In this document: piece after piece, positions 1 to 9,044 of the stretch | Position numbering within the stretch: position 1 is the first letter of the stretch | Layout: each line of letters begins with the position of its first letter | Assembly: GCA_027064425.1 (NCBI GenBank) | Contig: JAMOPO010000005.1 | Span: 1-20,559 of the forward strand | DNA: 20,559 nucleotides | Reading direction: 5' to 3' | DNA from: Methanobacteriota archaeon | Lineage (GTDB): Archaea > JAADCQ01 > Methanopyri > Methanopyrales > Methanopyraceae | Program-made: the position numbers and the translations under genes | Notes under the pieces: generated by a model | The model's input: the letters and a program-made list of their open reading frames with translations, nothing else | The model's database searches: none | Told to the model about the DNA's origin: nothing

Positions 1-1000
1 GACCCAGCGCGACGGCGTCCATGCGCTCCTCCAGGTCCCGCGTCGTCTCCTCCGAGACGAACTCCTCGTACCGCGAGCTCAGGTACTCGTACACGGCCTC
101 GCCGCGCGAGGTTGGGAAGATCCACCGGCGGCGCGGGGTCTCGTACACGTAGCCCCGGCGGAACAGCTTCTCCACGATCTGCGCGTAGGTGCTGGGCCGG
201 CCCAGGCCGCGCTCCCGCATGTCCTCCACGAGCTCCGACTGGTCGTACGGGTACGCCTCGTGCCGCTCGATGACCTCCACCTCGCCGATCTCCAGCTCGT
301 CGCCCTCCTCCAGCTTGGGCGCCTCGCGGATGCCGTACGAGGGCAGGTCGTACTCCGTGAGCACCTTTGTGAACCCGGGCTCGAGGATCTCCACCACGCC
401 CTCCAGCTCGATCTCGGCCACGGGCGTCCCGTCCACCTTCACGTGGAGGACGGCCTCCTGGTACAGGACCTTCGCCGGCCTCATCTGACTCGCCATGAAC
501 CGGCGGAAGATGAGCTCGTACAGGCGCAGGTGATCGCGGGTCAGCGTGATGGTGGTCTGGAGCGCGCCCTCCCGGATCATGGTGCGGAGCTCCTCCGGGT
601 CCGCCGGGCGCGTCGGCCGGATGCACTCGTGCGCGCCCTCCACGTGCTCCGACTCCGGCTCCCAGGTCCGCGGGTGGAAGTCCTCCGGGTCCAAGTTCGC
701 CTCGATGTACTCCCGGGCGACCCGCTTGCCCTCGTCCGAGACCCGGGTGGAGTCGGTTCGGTGGTAGGTGATGATCCCGCCCTCGAAGAGGTCCTGGGCC
801 AGCTGCATCACGCGCTCGGAGGAGAGCCGCAGGCGGCGCGTCGCGACCTGGAGCATGGTTCCAGTCTCGAAGGGAGGCTGCGGGTTGATCTCGCGCTCCT
901 CGCGCTTGACGCTGACGACCTCGGCCGGGCGCCCCTCCAGCTCCTTGAACGTGCTGCGGGCGAGCGACTCGTCCCGTATCTTAACCTTCACCTCCGCCAA
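1..1000 (-). CDS. rgyA: Reverse gyrase subunit A (C-terminal topoisomerase IA part of a split reverse gyrase); 3' end runs off the window
   Basis: Absent from the ORF track because there is no stop in the window. Manual translation from TTG at 1000 gives AEVKVKIRDESLARSTF...PQPPFETGTMLQ...VMQLAQDLFEGGIITYHRTDSTRVS (catalytic Tyr motif)...EGAHECIRPT...RGLGRPSTYAQIVEKLFRRGYV...LEERMDAVALG. The protein starts shortly before the active-site Tyr region, as in the heterodimeric Methanopyrus kandleri enzyme. GAGGGG SD-like sequence upstream. Confidence 0.93.
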   Translation of the reverse strand, partial: MAEVKVKIRDESLARSTFKELEGRPAEVVSVKREEREINPQPPFETGTMLQVATRRLRLSSERVMQLAQDLFEGGIITYHRTDSTRVSDEGKRVAREYIEANLDPEDFHPRTWEPESEHVEGAHECIRPTRPADPEELRTMIREGALQTTITLTRDHLRLYELIFRRFMASQMRPAKVLYQEAVLHVKVDGTPVAEIELEGVVEILEPGFTKVLTEYDLPSYGIREAPKLEEGDELEIGEVEVIERHEAYPYDQSELVEDMRERGLGRPSTYAQIVEKLFRRGYVYETPRRRWIFPTSRGEAVYEYLSSRYEEFVSEETTRDLEERMDAVALG

Positions 1001-1463
1001 GGTCCGCGGTCCCCTCTTCCAGGAGGCTGAGGGTGAGGGCCAGGGCGAAGATCGCCTTCCGCGAGACCCGGTCGTTCGGGGGCGGGTAGGGCATGGATAC
1101 GTTGAATCTTCGGTGCTTGACCACCCCACCCCGCGGCACGTGAACGGTCCTGGGCGGCGCCAGGTCCTCGGGCCACGGGATGGTCACCGGGACCCGCACC
1201 CGGTCCTCTCCCTCCCGAGGCTCCTCATCCCACGGCACGGACAGCAGGGTCGTGCAGCGCAGCCGGCATCGGAGGCAGGGATGCTCGGCGTCCGGGCGCG
1301 CCAGGCTCGCCCGTACGGACCTCAGGACCACCCGGTCCGGGTGCACGGGGTCGAGGAGTCGGCGGCCGAAGGCCCATTGGTCGGTGTTTCGGCAGCGTCC
1401 CCAGGGCGCGGGCTCGTAGACTCGCTGGAGGAACGCGGGGTACGAGAACTGGCGGAAGGCCAA
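981..1463 (-). CDS. Hypothetical protein (160 aa) with a CxxCxxxC cluster, upstream of and overlapping the rgyA start
   Basis: Fills the dcd-rgyA gap on the same strand. TTATAA box at 1494-1499, about 30 nt upstream of its TTG. No recognisable family. Confidence 0.45.
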   Translation of the reverse strand: MAFRQFSYPAFLQRVYEPAPWGRCRNTDQWAFGRRLLDPVHPDRVVLRSVRASLARPDAEHPCLRCRLRCTTLLSVPWDEEPREGEDRVRVPVTIPWPEDLAPPRTVHVPRGGVVKHRRFNVSMPYPPPNDRVSRKAIFALALTLSLLEEGTADLGGGEG

Positions 1464-1510
1464 GTGAGCCCGGGGTGGCGCGGGCGCGGGGGGTTATAAG
1501 CGGACCGATT

Positions 1511-2119
1511 TCAGCTCTCCCGGCCCTTCCCTTCCTCGTTCTCGTCTCGGAAGTCCAGGTGCAGCCGGGAGGGGGCGGGCCGTTTGTCGCCGTAGTACTT
1601 GCCGCTGAACTCGGGGTACACCCGCTCCGCCGCGCTCGACAGGCGGTGGAACACGATCTGGACGATCCTCATGCCGGGGCGCAGCTTCACGGGCATCGGG
1701 TTGAAGTTGACGAGCTCCAGCGTGAGCCGACCGCGCCAGCCCGGGTCCACGTACCCGGCCTCGACGTGCGCCTGGATGCCGAGCCGGCCGAGCGAGGAGC
1801 GGCCGTGGAGGACGCCGGTGATCTCGGGCGAGTTGATCTCGATCCACTCGTAGGTGACGCCCAGGACGAGCTCGCCGGGGTTGATCACGAACTCCTCGTC
1901 CTCGTCGATCACGATGCGCTCCGTGTTCTCGCCCGCGTCCTTGGTCGGGTCGATGCACGGCTTGTGCAGCGTCTTGAAGACGACGAACTCGTTCCCCAGG
2001 CGCAGGTCCAGGCTCGCGGGGCCGAGGGCCTCCTCCAGGTAGTCCTCGTCCAGCGGGTCGATCACGATCTCGCCCGTCTCCAGCGCCCGCTTGATGTCCC
2101 GGTCGGAGAGCACCGTCAA
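1511..2119 (-). CDS. dcd: dCTP deaminase
   Basis: VLSDRDI, PASLDLRLG, GRSSLGRLG, AGYVDPGWRGRLTLELVN, PGMRIVQIVF and GKY motifs. Confidence 0.95.
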   Translation of the reverse strand: MTVLSDRDIKRALETGEIVIDPLDEDYLEEALGPASLDLRLGNEFVVFKTLHKPCIDPTKDAGENTERIVIDEDEEFVINPGELVLGVTYEWIEINSPEITGVLHGRSSLGRLGIQAHVEAGYVDPGWRGRLTLELVNFNPMPVKLRPGMRIVQIVFHRLSSAAERVYPEFSGKYYGDKRPAPSRLHLDFRDENEEGKGRES

Positions 2120-2192
2120 GGCGTCGTCCCCCGCCGACTCACCTCGCGGAGTCCCGTGGCGTTTCGGGTTCCGCGTACAAAGTTTCGCCCGG

Positions 2193-2729
2193 TCAGTCCG
2201 CGCGGATCTCCCGGCGCTTCAGATCCACCCGACCGCCGACGCGGGCGGCCGCCTCGACGAGGGCCTTCACCTCCCGGGGCGGGACCCCCGTCTCCTCGCT
2301 AATGCGCCGGCACTCATCGAACTCCGCCTTGACCGTGACCGTCTCGCCGTCCGGCGTCTCGGCGATCTTGACGCTCACCTCCCACCGCCGGTCCCCGTAC
2401 TCCACCTCCACCGTCTCGAACCGGGAGGGGACGGAGTAGACCCCGTCCGCGTCGAACCGGTCGACGCCCGTCGAGCCCGTGAGGGTCATGATCTCGCGCG
2501 CCACGCGCTCGGCCGTCTCGTCGGGGTCATCCCCGCCGTCGACCAGGACCAGGAGCACGTGCCCGGGCCGGTTCTTCTTGGTCGTACAGGGGAGGGCGTG
2601 GCAGGCGAGGACCTCGTCCATCTCCACGAGCCGTTGGATCGCGTCGCCGATCACCTCCCCGTCCCGATCGTCCACCACGGTGACCAGGAACATGAGGTGG
2701 GAAGGGTTGTAATCCAGCTCCAGGGTCAC
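2193..2729 (-). CDS. LarC (DUF111)-like nickel-insertion protein, C-terminal-domain type
   Basis: VDDRDGEVIG, TKKNRPG, TGSTGV and KAEFDECRRISEETGVP match LarC C-terminal motifs. No His-rich N-terminal part. Confidence 0.75.
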   Translation of the reverse strand: MTLELDYNPSHLMFLVTVVDDRDGEVIGDAIQRLVEMDEVLACHALPCTTKKNRPGHVLLVLVDGGDDPDETAERVAREIMTLTGSTGVDRFDADGVYSVPSRFETVEVEYGDRRWEVSVKIAETPDGETVTVKAEFDECRRISEETGVPPREVKALVEAAARVGGRVDLKRREIRAD

Positions 2730-2749
2730 TCCCCCCGGGGAGTGCGGGC

Positions 2750-4024
2750 TTGGGATGGGAGCTCACGGGCTACCTCGAGTTCCTCAAGGTCGTGGTCCTG
2801 TCCGCCGCCGTGGGCATGCTCATCGGCGTCGAGCGGGAGCACGCGCAGCCGGCCCGTCGGGTGGCCGGGTTCCGAACCTTCACGCTGGCGGGCCTCCTCG
2901 GCGGTCTCTCCACGTACCTCGCGAGGATCGGGGTCGGGCCGCTGGCGGGTGCGGTCCTCGCGGGCGCGGTGGGGCTGGTGGTCCTGCTTTACGCCATGCG
3001 CGTGTACCGGAGGCGCTCGCTCGGGGTCGTCACCCCGATGGCGCTCCTGGTCACCCTCGTGGCGGGCGGGCTCGTCGGGGTGGGCCGGTTCAAGGAGGGG
3101 GCCACGCTCGCGATCGTCACCTCGGTCGTCCTGCTCTCTCGGACCCGGGTCCACCCGGTCCTGCGGCGGCTCTCGGACCGGGACGTGCTGGACGCGATCA
3201 CGGTCTTCTCGCTGGCCGCGCTGGCCTACCCGCTCTGCCCGCCCGGGCCGGTGGACCCGTGGGGAGTGCTCAACCTCCGGAGCGTGATCGAGATCGTCCT
3301 GATCGTGCTGGCGGTGACCGCGATCGGGTACGTGGGCATGCGGGTCTCGGCGCGGGGCGGGGCCCTGGCCACGGCCCTGGTCGGTGGGTTCGTGAGCAGC
3401 TCGGCGACGACGGCGACGGTGGCGGCCCGGTTCCGGGAGGTCCCGGAGGTCGTGGCGGTGGTCGTCTCGGCCGCGGTGGCGGTGGCCGTGCTCCGGAACA
3501 TGGCGTACGTGGGGATGATCTCTCGGGAGCCGGTGCTGCTCGAGTGGGTCGCGTTCGTCGCCGTCCCGGCGGCGGTCGCCGGCCTGCTGGCCGCGGGGAT
3601 CGGGGTGAGTCGGCTGGACGTGGAGGAGGAAGAGCTGTGGCGGGTGGTCCGGAAACGGATCCGCTCCCCGCTGTCCCTGGGGCCGGCCGCGAAGCTGGGG
3701 CTGATGATCTCCGGGTTCGCGATGGTGCTGAAGGTGGCCCAGCTGCTCGCCGGGAAGTTCGGGGTCGTGGTGGGGGTCGTGGTGGGCGCGCTGGCGAGCA
3801 GTCACGCGATGAGCCTGACGCTCGCGTACATGGCCGCCTCGGGGGCGCTCGGGCCGGACGTGGCCGGCCGGCTGATCGCCGTGGCCTCGCTGGAGGCGGT
3901 GCTCGTCAAGCTGCCGTGGGTGTGCGCGTTCGGCGGCCCGGCGCTGGCGCGGAGGGTGTGGTGGTACCTGGCCCTGCCGGCCGCGGCGGGTGCGGCGGGG
4001 CTGCTCGCGGCGCTGCTCGTCTAG
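2750..4024 (+). CDS. MgtC/SapB-family membrane protein with DUF4010-type C-terminal region
   Basis: GMLIGVERE...AGFRTFTL at the N-terminus, GGFVSSSATT motif, about 12 hydrophobic segments, GGGGAG SD before TTG. Confidence 0.88.
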   Translation: MGWELTGYLEFLKVVVLSAAVGMLIGVEREHAQPARRVAGFRTFTLAGLLGGLSTYLARIGVGPLAGAVLAGAVGLVVLLYAMRVYRRRSLGVVTPMALLVTLVAGGLVGVGRFKEGATLAIVTSVVLLSRTRVHPVLRRLSDRDVLDAITVFSLAALAYPLCPPGPVDPWGVLNLRSVIEIVLIVLAVTAIGYVGMRVSARGGALATALVGGFVSSSATTATVAARFREVPEVVAVVVSAAVAVAVLRNMAYVGMISREPVLLEWVAFVAVPAAVAGLLAAGIGVSRLDVEEEELWRVVRKRIRSPLSLGPAAKLGLMISGFAMVLKVAQLLAGKFGVVVGVVVGALASSHAMSLTLAYMAASGALGPDVAGRLIAVASLEAVLVKLPWVCAFGGPALARRVWWYLALPAAAGAAGLLAALLV

Positions 4025-5400
4025 CGCTGCTTCCGGAACTTGACCACGAAGAAGCCGGACGTGTCGTGCACGTGGGGCCACATTCGGCCGGCCTCGAGGG
4101 AGGGGGAGACGCCGTCCACCTCGAGGTGCGGGCAGAGGAAGTCGAACTCGGAGCGCACGTCCTCCGCCCGCAGCCGCTCGGTCTTGAGCGCCTCGGAGGC
4201 GACGAGCTCGTTCTCCTCGGGCGTGATCGTGCAGGTGGAGTACACGAGCACGCCTCCCGGCTTGACCAGCCGCGCGGCCGCCCGGATCATCTGCTTCTGC
4301 TTCGCGGAGAGCTCTCGGACCTCCTTCGGCCCGATCTTCCACTTCACGTCCGGGTCGGTGCGCAGGGTGCCGAGGCTCGTGCACGGTGGGTCGAGCAGGA
4401 CGCGGTCGAACTTGCCGACGAAGCGCGGGTTCCGCCCGAGCCGGCGGACGTCCGCTCGCATGATCTCGATGCAGTCATCGAAGCCCATCCGCTCGGCGAA
4501 CTTCTGCAGCCGGCGGAGCCGGGTCCGACTCACGTCCACGGCGAGGATCTCCACGTCGCCCTCCGTCAGCTGGGCGATGTGCGTGGTCTTACCGCCCGGG
4601 GCTGCGCACAGGTCCGCGATCCGCTCCCCCGGCTGCGGGTCGAGCACCTCGGTGACGAGGGCGGCCGCCTCGTCCTGCGGGATGATCCAGCCCTTGTTCC
4701 AGCACTCGAGCTCCTCGAGCCGGAGCGGCTTGCCCTTCTCGATCCGGATGCAGTAATCCACGTACCGTCCGCGCTCGACCTCGAACCCGTGCTCCTCGAA
4801 CTCCTCGATGACCTCGTCCACGTCCGCCTCCGCCGTGTTGACCCGGAACGTGTAGTGCTCCGGGGGCTGGTTGTGCACCTCCATCAGCTTCTTCAGCTCG
4901 TCCCGCCCCAGCAGCGGCTCGAACTTCTCCACGAACCAGCGCGGGTGGTGGTACTCCAGGCACAGCTCGTCCAGCTCGTCCTCCGGCTCCGGCCCCTCGT
5001 AGTTCTCCAGGTCCGCGACCACCCCGTGCACCCGGCGGTGGTTCAGGCCCAGCTCCTTCGCCGCCTTGGCGGCACAGTCCGTGACCGGGGCCGGGTGCTT
5101 GCCCTCGTACAGGACCTCGTTCGCCGCGATCATCACCAACGCCCGCTCCAGCGGGGGCAGCCGGCTCCTCGCGATGTCGTCCACCACGCGCTCGAGCGTG
5201 CCGTACCGCCGCAGCGTGTCGTACACGAGGCTTCGGGTCACGGACTGGATCCGGTCGTTGTAGTCCGAGAGCTCCTGCCGCAGGACGTACTGGATCGGGT
5301 ACGACTTCGTCCTCATCACCTCCAGCAGCGACCTCGCCGCCAGCGCGTAGCACGTGATCCAGAACTTGTCCGGGCTGACCTCCTCCGCCAACCGCCTCAC
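4021..5400 (-). CDS. RsmB/NOP family RNA (cytosine-C5) methyltransferase with N-terminal NusB-like region
   Basis: PQDEAA, DLCAAPGGKTT, FDRVLLDPPCTSLG and GGVLVYSTCTITPEENE (both catalytic Cys present), PHVHDTSGFFV. Confidence 0.93.
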   Translation of the reverse strand: MRRLAEEVSPDKFWITCYALAARSLLEVMRTKSYPIQYVLRQELSDYNDRIQSVTRSLVYDTLRRYGTLERVVDDIARSRLPPLERALVMIAANEVLYEGKHPAPVTDCAAKAAKELGLNHRRVHGVVADLENYEGPEPEDELDELCLEYHHPRWFVEKFEPLLGRDELKKLMEVHNQPPEHYTFRVNTAEADVDEVIEEFEEHGFEVERGRYVDYCIRIEKGKPLRLEELECWNKGWIIPQDEAAALVTEVLDPQPGERIADLCAAPGGKTTHIAQLTEGDVEILAVDVSRTRLRRLQKFAERMGFDDCIEIMRADVRRLGRNPRFVGKFDRVLLDPPCTSLGTLRTDPDVKWKIGPKEVRELSAKQKQMIRAAARLVKPGGVLVYSTCTITPEENELVASEALKTERLRAEDVRSEFDFLCPHLEVDGVSPSLEAGRMWPHVHDTSGFFVVKFRKQR

Positions 5401-5831
5401 CCCCTCACCACCACGGTGTTCCCACCGCGCCGCTTCGCCTCCCGCAGGGCCTCCAGCGCCCGCCGGACCGCCGGCGACTCGCGCTCCGGAACGAGCCGGT
5501 GACGCGGGGCCGGGGCCACGCCCACGCCGATGCTGATCGTCACCTCACCCTCGAACCGGCGCTCGAACTCGCGCCGAATGCGCTCGCACTCCTCCACCAC
5601 CTCCTCCAGGAGCTCCTCTCCCCCCGGTATCTCGACAATGAACTCTTCGGTACCTCGCTCCCGATCCGGCCCCTTGACCGCCACCGCGCCCGGGAACCGG
5701 GACAGGAACCGCTCGACCAGCTCCGTGAGCAGGCCGGTGGCGGGGTTGGGGGAGTACTCCGACCACCCCTTCTCCCGCACCACCTCGCCGAAGTTGTCCA
5801 GGTCGCCCGCCACCGCCACGCTCTTCAGCAC
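5397..5831 (-). CDS. Stand-alone divergent GGDEF-like (palm-fold nucleotidyl cyclase/transferase) protein, 144 aa
   Basis: Start reassigned to GTG 5831, overlapping the serA stop. Motifs DLDNF, RGTEEF, VTISIGV and ALREAKRRGGNTVV appear in GGDEF-domain order. Stop overlaps the methyltransferase start (GTGA). Confidence 0.72.
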   Translation of the reverse strand: MLKSVAVAGDLDNFGEVVREKGWSEYSPNPATGLLTELVERFLSRFPGAVAVKGPDRERGTEEFIVEIPGGEELLEEVVEECERIRREFERRFEGEVTISIGVGVAPAPRHRLVPERESPAVRRALEALREAKRRGGNTVVVRG

Positions 5832-7393
5832 AGGACCAGGTCCACCCGCCGCACCTGCTCCACCTCGTCGATCGCCCGCAGGCACTCCTCCGGCGGCTCC
5901 TCGTCCGTCCTGATCACCATGATCGCCTCCCCACCCTTCTCCCGGCGACCCACCTCCATCGCCGCGATGTTCACCCCGTGCTCACCCAGGATCAGCCCGA
6001 CCTCACCGACCACCCCGGGCCGGTCCACGTGCCAGACGAACAGCGTCGGCCCGCTCAGCTTGAACCGCAGCTCGTACCCGTTCACCGACGTCAGGTAGAC
6101 CTGCCCGTCCACCCACGTGCCCCGCAGCGACGTCTCGTCCTCCTCCGACCGCAGCGAGACGGCCAGCTCGTCCTCGTCCAGCTCGTCCGAGACCGCGAAC
6201 TCGACCTCGATACCCCGGTCCTCCGCCACCCTCACCGCGTTCACCATCGTCACCGGCTCCTGCAGGATCCGGTCCAGACACCCCTTCAGCACCGCCCGCT
6301 TCAGCGCCTCCCGCTCCCGCTCGCCCGGCTCCTCACCCACCTTGATCGTGACCGACTTCAGCCGACCCTTGAGCAGCTGCGCGCCCACGTCCGCCAGCCG
6401 CTCACCCACCTCCATCAGCCGCTTCGTCGCCTTCGGCACCCCGGCCAGCGGGAGGTTGACCACGTTCTCCGGGATCTCACCCTTCAGCACCCGCTCGATC
6501 TCCCGCGCCACGATCAGCCCCGCCGCCCGCTGCGCCTCGCTCGTCGACCCGCCGATGTGCGGCGTGAGCACCACGTTGTCCAGCTCGTACAGCGGGTGAT
6601 CCTCACCCGGCGGCTCCTCCGCGAACACGTCCAGCGCCGCGCCCGCGATCCACCCCTCCTTCAGCGCCTTGACCAGCGCCTCCTCGTCCACCACCTCACC
6701 CCGCGCGCAGTTGATCAGGAACGCCGACTCCTTCATCAGCTTCAGCTCCCGCTCCCCGATCATCCCCCGCGTCTCGTCCGTCAACGGCACGTGAATCGTG
6801 ACGATGTCCGCCCGCCGCAGCAGCTCGTCCAGCTCGTCCACCAGCTCCACGCCCAGCTCCTCCGCCACCTCCTCCGGGATGTACGGGTCGTACGCGATCA
6901 CCTCCATCTCGAACGCCTTCGCCCGCTTCGCCACCTGCCGCCCGATCCGACCCAGTCCAATGATCCCCAGCACCTTCCCCGCCAGCTCCACACCCATGAA
7001 CCTCTGCCGCTCCCACTCGCCCCGACGCACCGACCGATCCGCCTGCGGGATCTTCCGCGCCAGCGCCAGGATCAGCCCCATCGTGTGCTCCGCCACCGAG
7101 ATCGAGCTCGACTCCGGCGCGTTCACCACGATGATACCGCGCTCCGTCGCCGCCTCCACGTCGATGTTGTCCACGCCCACGCCCGCCCGCGCGATCACCT
7201 TCAGGTTCTCCGCCTCCTCGATCAGCTCCCGCGTCACCTGCGTCCCGCTCCTCACCACCCACGCGTCCGCGTCCCTCACGTGCTTCCGAATCTCCTCCTC
7301 GTCCGCGTCCTCCAGGACCACCACCTCACCCAGCTCCTCCAGCTTCTCCAACGCCTCCTCGTGGATCGGATCCGTCACCAGAATCTTCGCCAC
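5825..7393 (-). CDS. serA: D-3-phosphoglycerate dehydrogenase (with ASB and ACT domains), 522 aa
   Basis: Start reassigned to GTG 7393 (AKILVTDPI) after a GGGGGTG SD. Motifs [37 protein letters not shown] and the C-terminal DRPGVVG ACT. Confidence 0.96.
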   Translation of the reverse strand: MAKILVTDPIHEEALEKLEELGEVVVLEDADEEEIRKHVRDADAWVVRSGTQVTRELIEEAENLKVIARAGVGVDNIDVEAATERGIIVVNAPESSSISVAEHTMGLILALARKIPQADRSVRRGEWERQRFMGVELAGKVLGIIGLGRIGRQVAKRAKAFEMEVIAYDPYIPEEVAEELGVELVDELDELLRRADIVTIHVPLTDETRGMIGERELKLMKESAFLINCARGEVVDEEALVKALKEGWIAGAALDVFAEEPPGEDHPLYELDNVVLTPHIGGSTSEAQRAAGLIVAREIERVLKGEIPENVVNLPLAGVPKATKRLMEVGERLADVGAQLLKGRLKSVTIKVGEEPGEREREALKRAVLKGCLDRILQEPVTMVNAVRVAEDRGIEVEFAVSDELDEDELAVSLRSEEDETSLRGTWVDGQVYLTSVNGYELRFKLSGPTLFVWHVDRPGVVGEVGLILGEHGVNIAAMEVGRREKGGEAIMVIRTDEEPPEECLRAIDEVEQVRRVDLVLC

Positions 7394-7754
7394 GAGCGCA
7401 CCCCCCGCCCCGCCCCGGACAGCCCGGAAAAATATGTTGATGGACCCACCGAGCCACGCCGTCGATCCCCCGCGGCTCGGACCGCGGACGCGCCGAACGG
7501 CGAGCGCGTCGGCCCGTCCCGCCCTAATTAGCGGGCCAGCCGGGACCGGCCCGCGCGACCGGACATCACAGCCCCGAGCGGCAGACGCGGCCAGGCGAGC
7601 GGGGCAGGGGCTGGGGGAGCTGATCCCGGATCGGGTGGGACCACAGTCGGGAACGGCACGCTGCGAGGTCTTCACGCACATCGCGCGGTGCCAGCTTCTA
7701 AGCCTCTGCCGGGTGTACGGCACCGCCCCCGCGAACCGCGCCAGCGATGATCGG

Positions 7755-8816
7755 CTACAACGACCCGCCGCGTCCCCGGGCTCCTCGCAGCGTCACGAGG
7801 GTGAAGAGAGAGTGTAAGACCGGGAGCAGTCCTAGTGGAGTTCCACGGGACCCTTGCGGGTGTGGGTACGGCGGGGGCAGCCAGTGGCTGCGCACGTACC
7901 GCTCGGTAACGAACACGTGCTTCGTAACGAGGTCGGTGGGTGATCTGAGCGGAGCACCCGGCTTCGGCGCCCTGAACTCGAGAAGCAGCGGCCCGTTCGT
8001 CCGGACCTCAATCACCGTGCAGTACCCGTAAAACAGCCTGCGCTCGTACTGCCACCTGGGTTGGAAGGTCTTAGGGAGGTCGCCACCCGGTAGGAGCCGC
8101 GAGACCCTCCGCCGCCTCGCCTCGCTGTCACCACTTAAGTCCAGCGCGTACAGGTAGCACCAGAAGGCTAGGTGAACGCCGCCCGGCAGGTCGTACTCGA
8201 CCTCGTCGTACGGGTGCCGGCCCCGGAACAGGACCTTACCGTCGAGCGTCAGCACGTTGAAGTCCAGCGTCCAGCCGAGCGCTACGACCCAGCTCCCGGG
8301 TGGCAGTACGATCTCAATCCATCCATCGCGGGTCGGCAGGCTCGCCTCGACCACGAACGTCCTCCCGATGACCCGCGAGGGTTCCAGGTACAGCAGACCG
8401 CCGGACTCCCTCAGCGAGTACCGGACGGGACTCCACGGACCCGCCGGGATCGCCTGCCTACGACTCTCGACCCACTCCCACTTCACTCCGCTAGGAATCA
8501 GCGCACGGTACACCATCACTCCCCGCGGCAAGGCGAGCTCTCGGACGTTGTACGCGCCCAAGATCACCCGGTAGTGATCGTTCTCCCTCCAGAGCGGAGC
8601 CACGAGCAGGAAGTGATCGCCGGAGGGATACGGGAACCCCAGGCGACCCGAGCCGGGCAGAGCCCAGCGCGGCGGGAGTGGGAACTCCGGGACTACCCAT
8701 GGCGGACAGTCTTGGGAGATGTCGCTGACGGTCAGCGCCCCCGCGGATTGTGCCGAGGCAAGCAGCAGTGCAATCAGTAGCGGGACGGCCAAGACGTGCC
8801 GGTGCACCCGGGGCAC
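7755..8816 (-). CDS. Hypothetical secreted/surface protein (signal peptide, Pro-rich linker, hydrophobic then basic C-terminus)
   Basis: N-terminus [27 protein letters not shown]; C-terminus [36 protein letters not shown]. Less biased codon usage than neighbours. GGGGGT-type SD region at the start. Confidence 0.65.
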   Translation of the reverse strand: MPRVHRHVLAVPLLIALLLASAQSAGALTVSDISQDCPPWVVPEFPLPPRWALPGSGRLGFPYPSGDHFLLVAPLWRENDHYRVILGAYNVRELALPRGVMVYRALIPSGVKWEWVESRRQAIPAGPWSPVRYSLRESGGLLYLEPSRVIGRTFVVEASLPTRDGWIEIVLPPGSWVVALGWTLDFNVLTLDGKVLFRGRHPYDEVEYDLPGGVHLAFWCYLYALDLSGDSEARRRRVSRLLPGGDLPKTFQPRWQYERRLFYGYCTVIEVRTNGPLLLEFRAPKPGAPLRSPTDLVTKHVFVTERYVRSHWLPPPYPHPQGSRGTPLGLLPVLHSLFTLVTLRGARGRGGSL

Positions 8817-8945
8817 CCCCTGTGACGGCTCCCGACTTGTTCAACCGGTGGAGGGAGGAATTAGGTCGTGCGGAGGCGGGGAGCGAACGAGGACCGGGTC
8901 AGGAGCATTACCAGCGCTCGCGCCTGCGTCCCGCGCAACTGACCC

Positions 8946-8991
8946 TTTATAAGCGTTGCCATGCCCGGGCTCCCGATACCCCGATTTATAA
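8946..8991. promoter_or_regulatory. Two TTTATAA TATA boxes (8946-8952, 8985-8991) in the divergent intergenic region
   Basis: The only AT-rich boxes between divergent genes; the second lies about 55 nt upstream of the polyferredoxin ATG. Confidence 0.6.
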
Positions 8992-9044
8992 GGCGGCGGC
9001 CGTCCCGGGACCGGAGCACCGGGCCGCACTTGGGGGAAGCGCAA

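Noticed and set aside
2726-5502. Long ORFs 2755..5502 (+, 915 aa) and 2726..4384 (-, 552 aa)
   Set aside because: Arg/Gly/Pro-rich shadow frames overlapping well-supported mgtC-like and methyltransferase genes, as expected in high-GC DNA
7596-7700. Possible SRP RNA helix-8 or C/D boxes in the serA upstream region
   Set aside because: Only partial motif matches; box spacing and the conserved GNRA/AGCAG context are missing
7394-7723. 110-aa N-terminal extension of SerA in the ORF track
   Set aside because: Homology, SD and the promoter-like AT patch all point to GTG 7393; the extension is low-complexity
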